From Bacillales bacterium UBA4951 (GTDB lineage: Bacteria > Bacillota_I > Bacilli_A > RFN20 > CAG-826): a stretch of DNA of 50,827 bases. Below the pieces are notes generated by a model that saw nothing but the letters and a program-made list of their open reading frames with translations, was not told the DNA's origin and did not search any database. The stretch is taken from positions 50,545 to 101,371 of the forward strand of contig DHAP01000051.1 of assembly GCA_002397465.1 (NCBI GenBank), read 5' to 3'. A program made the translations under genes and the position numbers. Below, one piece after another: positions 1 to 9,404 of this stretch. Every line of letters begins with the position of its first letter. The first letter of the stretch is position 1.

Positions 1-936
1 CCTTTGTTCACGATGTCCAATTTCCTAGCCGCTTTCCTAAGAAACGACAAGGCTCCTGGCTTAGCCACGATCGCCGTGATATCGGGTGGCGTCTTCAACA
101 TCGTTTTCGACTATGTCTTTATCTTTGTCTTAGATATGGGTATGGGTGGGGCTGGACTTGCCACAAGTTTGGGGATGGCTTTGAACTGCCTGATCCAATC
201 AAGTCACTTCTTAAGCAAAAAGAACGCTCTCCGCCTGGCGCCTATTTCTTGTTTCTTTTCAAGGAGCGGCGCGATACTGACCAATGGATTCTCGTCATTT
301 TTCGTTGATGTGGCCATGGGAATCGTCTCTGTGGCATTCAATAATCAAATCAAGTCTTTATATGGCTTGGATTCCACGACCTATCTGGCGGTCTATGGGG
401 TCGCGGTGAACCTTTACGTCTTCGCCCAGTGCAGCGCCTATGGAATAGGACAGGCGTCCCAGCCGATCATTTCATTTAATTATGGGGCCAAGCTTAATAA
501 GAGAGTCCTTAATATCCTTAAATACGCTTTGGTGACCTCGGCCATCGTAAGCGTCGTGGCTTTGGCCATCACCGAGAGCATCCCGTCATTGATAACGGAA
601 GCTTTCATGGGGAATGACCAAACCGTCATTTCGATCGCCCCTTCCTTGCTAAGACCTTATTGCAGCTGTTTCATTTTCCTTCCGTTCAATGTCGTAATCA
701 CTTACTTCTATCAAGGTATTTTGCGGGGAAAGACCGCGTTTATCGTCTCGCTGGCCCGTGGTGCCATCCTCCCAGTCTCTCTTATTTTTCTGCTTCCTAT
801 GATCGATTCTTCGCTTCTATGGTGGGCTTTGCCGATAGGGGAAGCCGTCACGACGATAGCCATCCTCCCAGTCCTCATCAAAAACGTCAAAGAACTTAAA
901 AAGGTGCCTTCAAGCGAAGGAACGCTTGTCGCCTGA
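1..936 (+). CDS. MATE family efflux transporter (5' truncated by window)
   Basis: Multiple TM helices with MATE motifs (FNIVFDYVFIF..MGMGGAGLAT, GIGQASQPIISFNYGAK); frame is open from base 1. Confidence 0.9.
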   Translation, partial: PLFTMSNFLAAFLRNDKAPGLATIAVISGGVFNIVFDYVFIFVLDMGMGGAGLATSLGMALNCLIQSSHFLSKKNALRLAPISCFFSRSGAILTNGFSSFFVDVAMGIVSVAFNNQIKSLYGLDSTTYLAVYGVAVNLYVFAQCSAYGIGQASQPIISFNYGAKLNKRVLNILKYALVTSAIVSVVALAITESIPSLITEAFMGNDQTVISIAPSLLRPYCSCFIFLPFNVVITYFYQGILRGKTAFIVSLARGAILPVSLIFLLPMIDSSLLWWALPIGEAVTTIAILPVLIKNVKELKKVPSSEGTLVA

Positions 937-1007
937 GGACTATTTTGTTGACATAGACGCAAAGATTTCAGTGTAACCACTTTTTAAAGCTTTGCTATAA
1001 TAGCGAT

Positions 1008-2720
1008 ATGGAAACAAAACCTGGTGCAAGGTGGTGGGAGTCCTCCGTTGGCTACATCATCTACCCCGAATCTTTCAAGGATTCGAATGGCGACGGCATA
1101 GGCGATATCCCCGGCATTATCTCAAGACTTGATTACCTGAAGGATTTGGGGGTCAATCTTCTTTGGATTTGCCCTCTCTTCAAATCTCCTATGGATGACA
1201 ACGGATACGATGTGAGCGACTATTACCAAATCAATCCGCAATATGGGACGATGGAAGACTTGGAGCGACTCTTGGCGAGCGCCCATTCTCTCGGAATCAG
1301 AGTGATTCTTGATTTCCCCCTCAACCATACTTCATCCATGCACCCATGGTTCCAGATGGCTTTGAAGGACCCTGAGTCTGAAGAACGTGGTTATTACTTC
1401 TTCAAAAAAGGAAAAGTCGTGGACGGAAAACTCCTCCCGCCGAACAACTGGAAGGGATTCTTTTCAACCTCGGCTTGGAAAAACGTCGAAGGCAGCGACG
1501 ATTTCTATCTTCATATCTTTTCGGAGAAGATGCCTGACGTCAATTGGAACAACCCTCTCTTAAGAGAGAAATTTTACGAGATCGCTCGTTTTTACCTAGA
1601 TAAGGGGGCTGACGGGTTCCGTTTGGATGCCGTGGCTCACTTGGCGAAAGACACGAGCTTCGCCGACTCATCGCTTCCAAAAGAAAAAGACGGGCTCGTC
1701 TATGACACCGACAAATTCAGCAACCGGCCGGAGGTTTTCGATTACCTCAGGATGTTCAAAGACAACGTATTTTCTCATTATGACTGCCTTACCATCGGCG
1801 AAGCCGGTGGATGCATCAGCCCCGAAGACTCCTTGAAGATGTCCGACAGGATCAACGGTTCCATCAACATGGTCTTTAACTTCGACACGGTTTGGAACAA
1901 CGGAAATTACAATTCCATAGGCAAAAAAGACGATGAGATCGTGACGGACGTGTTGAGCCTCAAGAGAAACTTCATGCGGTGGTACGACGTTTGCCATGAT
2001 AAAGCGGATATGCCGATTTATTGGTGCAATCACGACCATCCACGCGTCGTCTCCCAATATGGCTCCGTCAAATACCGCAACGAATCAAGCAAGATGTTGC
2101 TTACCACCATGCTCTTCCTTTATGGAACGCCTTTTATCTATAACGGCGATGAGATAGGAATGAGCAACGTCACCTATCCAAACGTCGAGGATTTCTTCAG
2201 CGACGTCGGGACCAAAAACGATGTCGTGTCATTAAGAAAACTAGGCTATGACGATGAGACAATCCTTACCTACTTAAGAAGGACCAGCCGCGTCAACGCC
2301 AGAACGCCAATGCAATGGAACAGGTCAACAAACGCCGGTTTCTCCGATGGAAAAAGCGTCAACCCCGTCAACGACAACTATCTTTCCGGCGTGAACGTCC
2401 AAGAAGAGATGGAAGACCCATATAGCATCATCAACTTCTTCCAGTATGCGATCTCCATCAGAAAAGACCCTCTCATAAATGACCAGGTTCTCAATGGAAA
2501 ACTCTGCATCGTCGACCCAGACCATCCTGATGTCTTCAGCTACATCCACGATGGTTCAAGCAAGCTGATGGTAATCTCCAATTTCCGCGACAAGGATGTT
2601 TACTTTACCTTCTATTACGAAATAGGCGACCTTCTTTTGCACAACTATGACGGCGTCCAAATCGAAAACCACATCATCAAACTCCGACCATATGAGAGCT
2701 TTTTGATCAAACTAAGATGA
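1008..2720 (+). CDS. GH13 alpha-glucosidase / oligo-1,6-glucosidase
   Basis: YPESFKDSNGDGIGD, DNGYDVSDY, catalytic GFRLDAV, TIGE, NHD; no signal peptide. Confidence 0.92.
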   Translation: METKPGARWWESSVGYIIYPESFKDSNGDGIGDIPGIISRLDYLKDLGVNLLWICPLFKSPMDDNGYDVSDYYQINPQYGTMEDLERLLASAHSLGIRVILDFPLNHTSSMHPWFQMALKDPESEERGYYFFKKGKVVDGKLLPPNNWKGFFSTSAWKNVEGSDDFYLHIFSEKMPDVNWNNPLLREKFYEIARFYLDKGADGFRLDAVAHLAKDTSFADSSLPKEKDGLVYDTDKFSNRPEVFDYLRMFKDNVFSHYDCLTIGEAGGCISPEDSLKMSDRINGSINMVFNFDTVWNNGNYNSIGKKDDEIVTDVLSLKRNFMRWYDVCHDKADMPIYWCNHDHPRVVSQYGSVKYRNESSKMLLTTMLFLYGTPFIYNGDEIGMSNVTYPNVEDFFSDVGTKNDVVSLRKLGYDDETILTYLRRTSRVNARTPMQWNRSTNAGFSDGKSVNPVNDNYLSGVNVQEEMEDPYSIINFFQYAISIRKDPLINDQVLNGKLCIVDPDHPDVFSYIHDGSSKLMVISNFRDKDVYFTFYYEIGDLLLHNYDGVQIENHIIKLRPYESFLIKLR

Positions 2721-3286
2721 ACAAGTACTATCTCTTCATGGCCAATGGCAAGATCAATCGCGATCTTTTTGATAATGCCATCGAAGGGGTGGGAATCCCG
2801 TTTGAGATTTCTTATTTCGACGATGCCAGCGGCTATATTCTGGCCGATGAGAGCTTTGCCGTCCGCCTTCAGCCTTTGATCTTCCCGATCCATGATGATT
2901 TGGGGATCACTCTGAGCGTCGTCTCAGTCCATAAGATCGGGGACCTCGAGAAAAAAGCCGCAAGGGAGGCTCTTTCCTATTTCCCTAACCAATGTCTGTA
3001 TCTCAGCGATGTCCTCATGAAGGAGTTCTCTTTCGGAGACTTCTCTTCTTTGCCTTTGCTGAGCGCCGAATTCAAAGGAGTGGGGCATGATCTCATGCTG
3101 ACTTCCGGGGCTTTCTTAAGATGCGGGCTCAACGCCTCTTTGGCGGCTGAGACGATATTCATCCATCGAAACACCTTCAACTACCGTTTGGAGAAGTTCA
3201 TCGATCTGACATCCTTGGACATCCGTGATTACCATAACGCCCTTGTTCTGGAGATATATTTCCAACTAGGCAACCCGAAAAAATAG
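2717..3286 (+). CDS. PucR/CdaR-family regulator with C-terminal HTH (YxkF-like position before msmX)
   Basis: C-terminal NASLAAETIFIHRNTFNYRLEKF..LTSLDIR is the PucR HTH signature; start overlaps the upstream stop (ATGA). Confidence 0.8.
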   Translation: MNKYYLFMANGKINRDLFDNAIEGVGIPFEISYFDDASGYILADESFAVRLQPLIFPIHDDLGITLSVVSVHKIGDLEKKAAREALSYFPNQCLYLSDVLMKEFSFGDFSSLPLLSAEFKGVGHDLMLTSGAFLRCGLNASLAAETIFIHRNTFNYRLEKFIDLTSLDIRDYHNALVLEIYFQLGNPKK

Positions 3287-3374
3287 GCCAATTCATCTGA
3301 TTTTTGCTAGATAGTTTTTTCTTGAAACCACTAAAATACAGGAAATTATCGATTAATCCTAACTATTTTTCGAT

Positions 3375-3417
3375 TTGTGCAGTGTGCACAAGATAAAGAG
3401 AAAAGGCTTGCTATAAT
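3375..3417 (+). promoter_or_regulatory. Palindromic operator TTGTGCA-gtg-TGCACAA plus extended -10 (TGcTATAAT) of the msmX-like gene
   Basis: Perfect 7-3-7 inverted repeat at 3375-3391; TGnTATAAT at 3409-3417; SD AAGGAGG downstream. Confidence 0.75.
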
Positions 3418-3450
3418 AATCTCAAAATCCTTATTAAGGAGGACATATTC

Positions 3451-4770
3451 ATGGTTATGAAGAAGAAGGACGAACCCGCAAAGGAAGCTCCTAAGAAAGC
3501 AGAAGCTGCCCCGGCGGTCGCAGAAAAAGCCGAAAACGGCAAACCAACCGATTTGGCCTATGTCTCATTACGTCACGTTGACAAAGTCTATGATTCCGGC
3601 GTCCAAGCCGTCTATGACTTTACCCTCGACATCAAAAAGCACGAATTCATCGTCTTCGTCGGCCCTTCAGGATGCGGCAAATCCACGACGCTCCGTATGA
3701 TCGCCGGACTTGAGGACATCACAAACGGCGAGCTTTACATCGATGGTGAGTATTCCAACGATCGCTCTCCAAAAGACCGTGACATCGCCATGGTCTTCCA
3801 GAGCTACGCCCTCTATCCGCATATGAGCGTCTATAACAACATGGCTTTCGGCCTTAAGATCCGCCATCTTCCAAAAGCTGAGATCGACAAGCGTGTCCAT
3901 GACGCCGCCAAGATTCTTCAAATCGAAGAATACCTCGACAGAAAACCGAAGGCTCTCTCCGGCGGCCAGCGTCAGCGTGTCGCCTTAGGAAGGGCCATCG
4001 TCAGAAACGCCAAAGTCTTCTTGATGGACGAGCCTCTTTCCAACCTTGACGCCAAACTCCGTGTCCAGATGCGTTCGGAGATCATCAAACTCCACGAAGC
4101 CTTGGACGCCACGACCATTTACGTCACGCATGACCAGACCGAGGCCATGACCATGGCTACGAGAATCGTCGTCATGAAACTAGGCCACATCCAACAAATC
4201 GGCTCTCCAATCGAAATCTATAACCACCCAGCCAACGTCTTTGTGGCAGGGTTCATCGGCTCCCCGAGCATGAACCTCATGAAAGCCACTTACGACAAAG
4301 GCAAGATCATCCTTCCGGATGGAAAGATCATCCAAGCCCACCAGGTGGCCATCGACGCCGACAAGGCTTTCTACGAAAACGCCGCCAAAGAAGCTAAAGC
4401 CGCTTTGGACGACGCCACGAGCAATAACGAAGCCCCTGAGAAAATCGAAGAGCTCACCAATAAGCTCAACGACTATGTCTCAGCCAGCAAGGGGACTCAT
4501 CCGGTCATCTATGGAATCCGTCCAGAAGACATCCATGAAGGCGATGAAGAACACCTCAAGAAATATGGCGCTACGCCATACGAGATCAAAGTGGCCGTCG
4601 CTGAGTTGCTTGGCCATGAATACTATGTCCACACCGACTTCGCCGGCATTGACCTCATCGCCAAGATTCCTCTCACCCATGAGATAAAAATCGGTGACAA
4701 GATGAACATTCTCTTCGATATGCCAAAAGCTCATCTCTTCGATCCTATCTCAGAAAAGCGCATCTATTAG
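3451..4770 (+). CDS. msmX: Carbohydrate ABC transporter ATP-binding subunit (MsmX/MsmK/MalK type)
   Basis: [45 protein letters not shown]-terminal OB/TOBE region. Confidence 0.9.
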   Translation: MVMKKKDEPAKEAPKKAEAAPAVAEKAENGKPTDLAYVSLRHVDKVYDSGVQAVYDFTLDIKKHEFIVFVGPSGCGKSTTLRMIAGLEDITNGELYIDGEYSNDRSPKDRDIAMVFQSYALYPHMSVYNNMAFGLKIRHLPKAEIDKRVHDAAKILQIEEYLDRKPKALSGGQRQRVALGRAIVRNAKVFLMDEPLSNLDAKLRVQMRSEIIKLHEALDATTIYVTHDQTEAMTMATRIVVMKLGHIQQIGSPIEIYNHPANVFVAGFIGSPSMNLMKATYDKGKIILPDGKIIQAHQVAIDADKAFYENAAKEAKAALDDATSNNEAPEKIEELTNKLNDYVSASKGTHPVIYGIRPEDIHEGDEEHLKKYGATPYEIKVAVAELLGHEYYVHTDFAGIDLIAKIPLTHEIKIGDKMNILFDMPKAHLFDPISEKRIY

Positions 4771-4784
4771 TCTACAGTTTACGT

Positions 4785-4813
4785 AAAAGGGCACCCCGGT
4801 GCCCTTTTCTTTT
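4785..4813 (+). terminator. Rho-independent terminator (potentially bidirectional)
   Basis: AAAAGGGCAC-cccg-GTGCCCTTTT followed by T-rich tail. Confidence 0.85.
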
Positions 4814-4859
4814 ATGGCATAGAATGAATGGTGGTGCTAAATTGTAGTCAAGGAGGTTC

Positions 4860-5099
4860 TTGCAAATGCATAAACTCGTTGGAAAAATCGCTTGGTGGTC
4901 CGCTATGGCGTTCTTGGCCGCTGCAGTCGTCTTGCTGAGTTTCTTGGTCAATGGCTGGAATCTGGCTCTAGGCGTTTCTGGCTTGGCTTGCGTTGTTGTT
5001 TCGATCATTCTCCTCGTCGTCTTCGGATGGCAATTTGTCCGTTATGACGCCGAAGTCAACAAAGCCGAGAAAAAAGAAGACGCGCCGAAGGCTCACTAA
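4860..5099 (+). CDS. Small two-TM membrane protein
   Basis: AGGAGG SD at 4851; two hydrophobic helices and charged tail; start is TTG 4860 or ATG 4866. Confidence 0.7.
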   Translation: MQMHKLVGKIAWWSAMAFLAAAVVLLSFLVNGWNLALGVSGLACVVVSIILLVVFGWQFVRYDAEVNKAEKKEDAPKAH

Positions 5100-5215
5100 T
5101 CAAGCTTTAGTGATTCTCATATAGACCCGCATGGGGTTCCCTTTTCTATCTCTATCAGTTAAGATGGACTTAGAAAAAGAGGCCGACTGGGTCTTTTTTT
5201 GGTTATGAGAGGTAT

Positions 5216-6244
5216 GTGAGAATGAAGAGATTGAAGATCGACAAAAAGAAATTCTATGAGGAAGCCAAGAACATTTCGCTCGTTTTGGCAGGATGTTTTG
5301 TTTTGGCCTTGGCCGATGCCTTGTTCATCGTCCCATGCAACATCGTTAACGGAGGAGTCGACTCTTTAGGCGTCATCGTCAATTACTTCCTGGAGCCGAT
5401 CTTCAATTTCAACTTCACCGACATCGTCATCATGGGTTCTCAGCTGATCCTTTGGCTGATAGGTCTGGCTTTTCTTGGGAAGAAGTTCTCTTTTCACACT
5501 TTGCTAGGCACCATCGCCTTCCCTTTGTTCTATTCGTTGCTCCTACGCATCAATCTTTTGGATCTTATAGGTTTGAGCGAGATGTACGCCAAAAACACGA
5601 ATCCCGATGGCTCACTTTCTTTGTCGCTTCTTATGATGGCGGGCTTGTTTGGCGGTCTTTTGTCCGGGGCAGGGGTGGCCTTAAGCTATCTTGGTGACGG
5701 ATCGACCGGAGGCTTCGACGTCGTGAGCTTCATCATCGCCCGTTATAGCGACATGAAAGAAGACCTTTCGGGACTCATCATGGACACGAGCCTTATTTTG
5801 ATCGGTCTCATCAGCATGCGAAACTGGGAGCTGGCCTTGTCAGGCATTCTCTCCGCTTTCGTCTGTGCCTTTGCGATACAGTTCATCTACATTTACTCGA
5901 ATTCCTTCGTCATAGCTGACATTTTGACCGACAAGGAAGACCTAGTTTTGGATTTCATCCACGAAAAGATGGGCCATGGCACGACCTTGATCGATGCCGA
6001 AGGCGGATACAGCCGCACCAAGAGAAAGCTCATCAGGGTCGTCATATACCGTGTCGAGATCAATGACCTCAAGGACTTCATCGCCTCAGTCGACCAAGAC
6101 GCCTTTGTCGGATTCACGGCCGCTAAAGCGGTGAACGGGAACGGCTTTGAGCCTCTCAGAATCTCCAAAAACGCCAAAAAGAAAATCCTTGAGAAGTACG
6201 ACATCGATCCCAAGGATTTGAATTCTACTGGTTCAGGCGATTAA
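5216..6244 (+). CDS. YitT family membrane protein (C-terminal DUF2179-like domain)
   Basis: NIVNGGVDSLG, GSTGGFDVVS, and C-terminal GHGTTLIDAEGGYS..DQDAFV motifs. Confidence 0.85.
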   Translation: MRMKRLKIDKKKFYEEAKNISLVLAGCFVLALADALFIVPCNIVNGGVDSLGVIVNYFLEPIFNFNFTDIVIMGSQLILWLIGLAFLGKKFSFHTLLGTIAFPLFYSLLLRINLLDLIGLSEMYAKNTNPDGSLSLSLLMMAGLFGGLLSGAGVALSYLGDGSTGGFDVVSFIIARYSDMKEDLSGLIMDTSLILIGLISMRNWELALSGILSAFVCAFAIQFIYIYSNSFVIADILTDKEDLVLDFIHEKMGHGTTLIDAEGGYSRTKRKLIRVVIYRVEINDLKDFIASVDQDAFVGFTAAKAVNGNGFEPLRISKNAKKKILEKYDIDPKDLNSTGSGD

Positions 6245-6746
6245 GAACGCCGGTTTTTTCGATGAGCAGATAAAGCGGAATCACGATGATGGCGCTGCCG
6301 AAGGCCTGGACGCAATCGAAGGCCGATGAGATAAGCCCGCCGACTCCAGCCAAGACATAATAAGCGCACATATAGGATAGGACTTCTAGGGTTGCTCCAA
6401 CGAAAAGTGAGGAAAAACGAATTATTTTCTTATTTTTTAATACAATGTATAAGAGGCCGGAAGCAGCTCCTAAGAGCCCTTTCGCTAATATCGTCCAAGG
6501 GGCGTACATCGCAAAGCCGGAACTTAAATCCGAAAGGACGCCACCGATTATTCCAACGCAGGCGCCTTCGACAGGCCCTAAAGTGATGGCGGCTAAAAGA
6601 TTGACGATATCGCCGAAATTGAAGTATCCGTTTCCGCCGGCATAAGGGATGCTGGCGTAGGCTGTCAGAACGAAGCTCAGGGCACTGTAAACAGCGACCA
6701 TGCACATCCTGAGTATAATCTGACGCTCAGGTTTATTAGTGGCCAT
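6225..6746 (-). CDS. ECF transporter substrate-binding S component
   Basis: AVYSAL, GYFNFGDIV, GPVEGACVGIIGGVLSDL, YAPWTILAKG motifs; about 5-6 TM helices. Confidence 0.85.
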   Translation of the reverse strand: MATNKPERQIILRMCMVAVYSALSFVLTAYASIPYAGGNGYFNFGDIVNLLAAITLGPVEGACVGIIGGVLSDLSSGFAMYAPWTILAKGLLGAASGLLYIVLKNKKIIRFSSLFVGATLEVLSYMCAYYVLAGVGGLISSAFDCVQAFGSAIIVIPLYLLIEKTGVLNRLNQ

Positions 6747-7950
6747 CTTTTTTGTCGTTGTTTCTAGCCGAATTGTTGCTTTGTGATGAGTATCTCTTCA
6801 CGCCATATGGTTTTTTTCCATATGACTTGTAGCCCTTATGATCCCCATATGACTTATGTTCGCCATACTGTTTTTGGCCACCATAGCCCTTATGATCGCC
6901 ATATGACTTATGCTCTCCATACGACTTTCGTTCTCCATATGGTTTATCGCCATATGACTTATGTTCTCCGTATGGTTTTTTGTCGCCATAGTTTTTGCGC
7001 TCGCCATAAGGCTTGCTTCCATAGGATTTGCGCTCTCCGTATGGCTTATCCCCATAGGATTTGCGCTCTCCGTATGGTTTATGATCGCCGTAATTCTTAT
7101 GTTCTCCGTATGACTTCCGCTCTCCGTATGGCTTATCCCCATAGGACTTATGCTCGCCATAAGGCTTGCGGTCCCCATAGCTTCTATGCTCTCCGTATGG
7201 CTTTCTGTCTCCATATCCTTTGTGTTCGCCGTATGGCTTTGAATAGCTACGGTGTTCGCCATAGGATTTTCTTTCGCCGTCTGACTCTCCGTCTTTTTTA
7301 TATGGGCGATATGGCTTTTTGGAGAAGGAGTGGCCTCCGCCTCTCTTGAAGCGTTTGTTGCGTTTCGCTCTCTCGTCTTCTCTTTGCGAATAAAGCTTGG
7401 CATCGGCCTCATCCTGGGTGATGGTCCCGTTTTTGACCTGCTCCATGATTTCCTTCTTGGCGTTCTGCTTATCCATGTTCTTGCGGAGACGGGCGTTTTT
7501 CTTGTCCTCGCTTTCGCCTAAGAGGAACTCCAAAGAGTCGGTATCGGCATAAACCTTGATGCCGTTGGCGATCAATAGCCTGGCGGTCACGCCTAAGCCT
7601 TCGATCTTGTTGCCTTTGAAGCTTCCATCACGAATGTGACGGGATCCGCAAGCGGGGGAGCCATCCTTTAGAATGGCAATCCTGATCCCGAAGAATTTGC
7701 AGGCCTGAAGGGCTTTTTGGGCGCCAAGGTCATATTCCTTGGTGACGTCTTTGCCAGTGCTGGTCACTACGAGATTAGATTTTATCTCCGCGGGGTCTCT
7801 AGGAGTCGGAAGCCCGCCTTCAACCTCGGGGCAGAAAGGTACTAGTTCATATTTCTTCGAAAGTTCGGCAAGAAGAGGGAATTCATTGCTCCCTCCATCG
7901 TATCGTGTTTTTTCGCCTACCAAGCAGGCGCTGATCAATATTTTTTCCAT
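6736..7950 (-). CDS. DUF523 (thiouracil desulfurase TudS-like, Fe-S) domain fused to a long charged Tyr-Gly repeat tail
   Basis: N-terminal ILISACLVG..RYDG, FCPEVEGGLPTPR, LKDGSPACG; about 260 extra C-terminal residues. Start placed at ATG 7950 (MEKILISAC). Confidence 0.85.
   Translation of the reverse strand: MEKILISACLVGEKTRYDGGSNEFPLLAELSKKYELVPFCPEVEGGLPTPRDPAEIKSNLVVTSTGKDVTKEYDLGAQKALQACKFFGIRIAILKDGSPACGSRHIRDGSFKGNKIEGLGVTARLLIANGIKVYADTDSLEFLLGESEDKKNARLRKNMDKQNAKKEIMEQVKNGTITQDEADAKLYSQREDERAKRNKRFKRGGGHSFSKKPYRPYKKDGESDGERKSYGEHRSYSKPYGEHKGYGDRKPYGEHRSYGDRKPYGEHKSYGDKPYGERKSYGEHKNYGDHKPYGERKSYGDKPYGERKSYGSKPYGERKNYGDKKPYGEHKSYGDKPYGERKSYGEHKSYGDHKGYGGQKQYGEHKSYGDHKGYKSYGKKPYGVKRYSSQSNNSARNNDKKDGH
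6800..7275 (-). repeat. Imperfect coding tandem repeat (15/18-bp units) encoding (K/R)xYG(E/D)
   Basis: About 26 YG dipeptides counted by eye in units such as KSYGEH, KPYGER, SYGDK. Confidence 0.9.
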
Positions 7951-8025
7951 GTGCCCGAATAGCATAAACTCTTTTCGTTTTCTTTTCTACGTGCGCGTAT
8001 GCGATTCTTGCTATAATTCCTAGCA

Positions 8026-8640
8026 ATGGTAGAAAACATCGAAGTTGAGGTTGACGGGAAACGTTACCAATGCCGAATCGAATACAAAAGGATGCGGAAT
8101 CTCCGTTTTCGTTTTTCGAAGGATGGGACGTTTTTGGTCTCTTGTCCCTACAGGACTCCAAGGGATTACATCGAGAAAGGCATCGCCAAATACCTTCCTA
8201 AACTTGAGAAAAGGAATGAATATGAGTTGCCGGCAATAGGCGATGAGGTCTATGTTTTCGGCGAAAAACGAATAATTGATGGCTTTTCTGGATTTAATGA
8301 AGGCGAAAAAAGCAAAACTCTGAAAGCCATCCTTTTGCCCTACCTTGAGGAGAGAGTGGCCTATTATTCTTCTCTGATGGGCGTGAAGAAAAAATACCAA
8401 GTAAAAGTGCGCGACATGAGCACCCGTTATGGTGTCAACAACCGTTCAAAGGGCAAGCTGACCTTCGCGACTCTCCTCGTCTATTATTCAAAAGACACGA
8501 TAGATTCGGTGGTGGTCCATGAATTGGCCCACGATTTCGTCTTCTCCCACGATGAGTCTTTTTACTCTTACGTTTTTCGATATTGCCCCGATTACAAGCT
8601 CCGCCATGCTAAACTAAGAAAGCACCAATACCATGAATGA
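8026..8640 (+). CDS. M48/YgjP (DUF45)-like zinc metalloprotein
   Basis: VRDMSTRYG and DSVVVHELAH..SHDESFY (HExxH). Confidence 0.85.
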   Translation: MVENIEVEVDGKRYQCRIEYKRMRNLRFRFSKDGTFLVSCPYRTPRDYIEKGIAKYLPKLEKRNEYELPAIGDEVYVFGEKRIIDGFSGFNEGEKSKTLKAILLPYLEERVAYYSSLMGVKKKYQVKVRDMSTRYGVNNRSKGKLTFATLLVYYSKDTIDSVVVHELAHDFVFSHDESFYSYVFRYCPDYKLRHAKLRKHQYHE

Positions 8641-9349
8641 AACGATCGTAAGCAAAAACAACCAAAAGGTTAAAGACGCCATTTCCTATAAAGACGGCAA
8701 AGGCGAGTATTGTCTTGTCGAAGGATTTCATTCGGTCCAGATGGCCAAAGAAAACGGCCTTGTCATCAGAGTTTTCTCACTTAAAGGCTATGTCGGCGTC
8801 AATGAGTCGTACATCGTTAACGAAGACATCATCAAGAAACTTTCGAGCACCCCATCCCCAGAAGGGATCGTCGCCCTTTGCAAAAAGAAGAACCCCAAGC
8901 CCATCTCCTCAAGCAGGATCCTTTATTTGGACCGTGTCCAAGACCCGGGCAACGTCGGGACCTTGTTAAGGACTGCACTGGCGTTTGGCTTTCATGACGT
9001 CATGATTTCGAAAGGCTGTGCCAGCGTTTATTCAAGCAAACTCATCTTATCTTCCCAAGGGGCCGTTTTCTCGCTTAACATCCTTGAAGGAAAGGACGAT
9101 GACGACGTCCTCGCCCTCCAAAAAGAGAATTACCGTCTCATCGTGACTGACCTGAAAGGCAATTTGCCTCCTGAAAAAGTCGATCCCACCGCCAAATTCG
9201 TCCTCATCCTTGGGAACGAGGGCAAGGGAGTCAACCAGAACTTGCTGAGCAACTCCGATCTGTCTTTGAAGATACCGATGGGCGGAATCGACAGCCTCAA
9301 CGTCGCGGTGGCGGGCGGCATCCTCATGTATGCCTTCCGCGAGAGATAA
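8633..9349 (+). CDS. TrmH/SpoU family RNA methyltransferase
   Basis: LDRVQDPGNVGTLLRTA, LILGNEGKGV, IPMGGIDSLNVAVAGGI; conserved position upstream of pheS. Confidence 0.92.
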   Translation: MNETIVSKNNQKVKDAISYKDGKGEYCLVEGFHSVQMAKENGLVIRVFSLKGYVGVNESYIVNEDIIKKLSSTPSPEGIVALCKKKNPKPISSSRILYLDRVQDPGNVGTLLRTALAFGFHDVMISKGCASVYSSKLILSSQGAVFSLNILEGKDDDDVLALQKENYRLIVTDLKGNLPPEKVDPTAKFVLILGNEGKGVNQNLLSNSDLSLKIPMGGIDSLNVAVAGGILMYAFRER

Positions 9350-9404
9350 CCTCCCAAAGGGAGTTTTTGCTTCACTTATCTCATGGTTAGGCTAAAATAA
9401 GCGT

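Noticed and set aside
6800-7275. Repeat array as a possible CRISPR
   Set aside because: Units are 15-18 bp, degenerate, in frame and lack unique spacers; no cas genes nearby.
6783-7412. Long alternative-frame ORFs (188 aa on +, 204 aa on -) over the repeat
   Set aside because: By-products of the stop-poor coding repeat in the DUF523 tail; no initiation signals.
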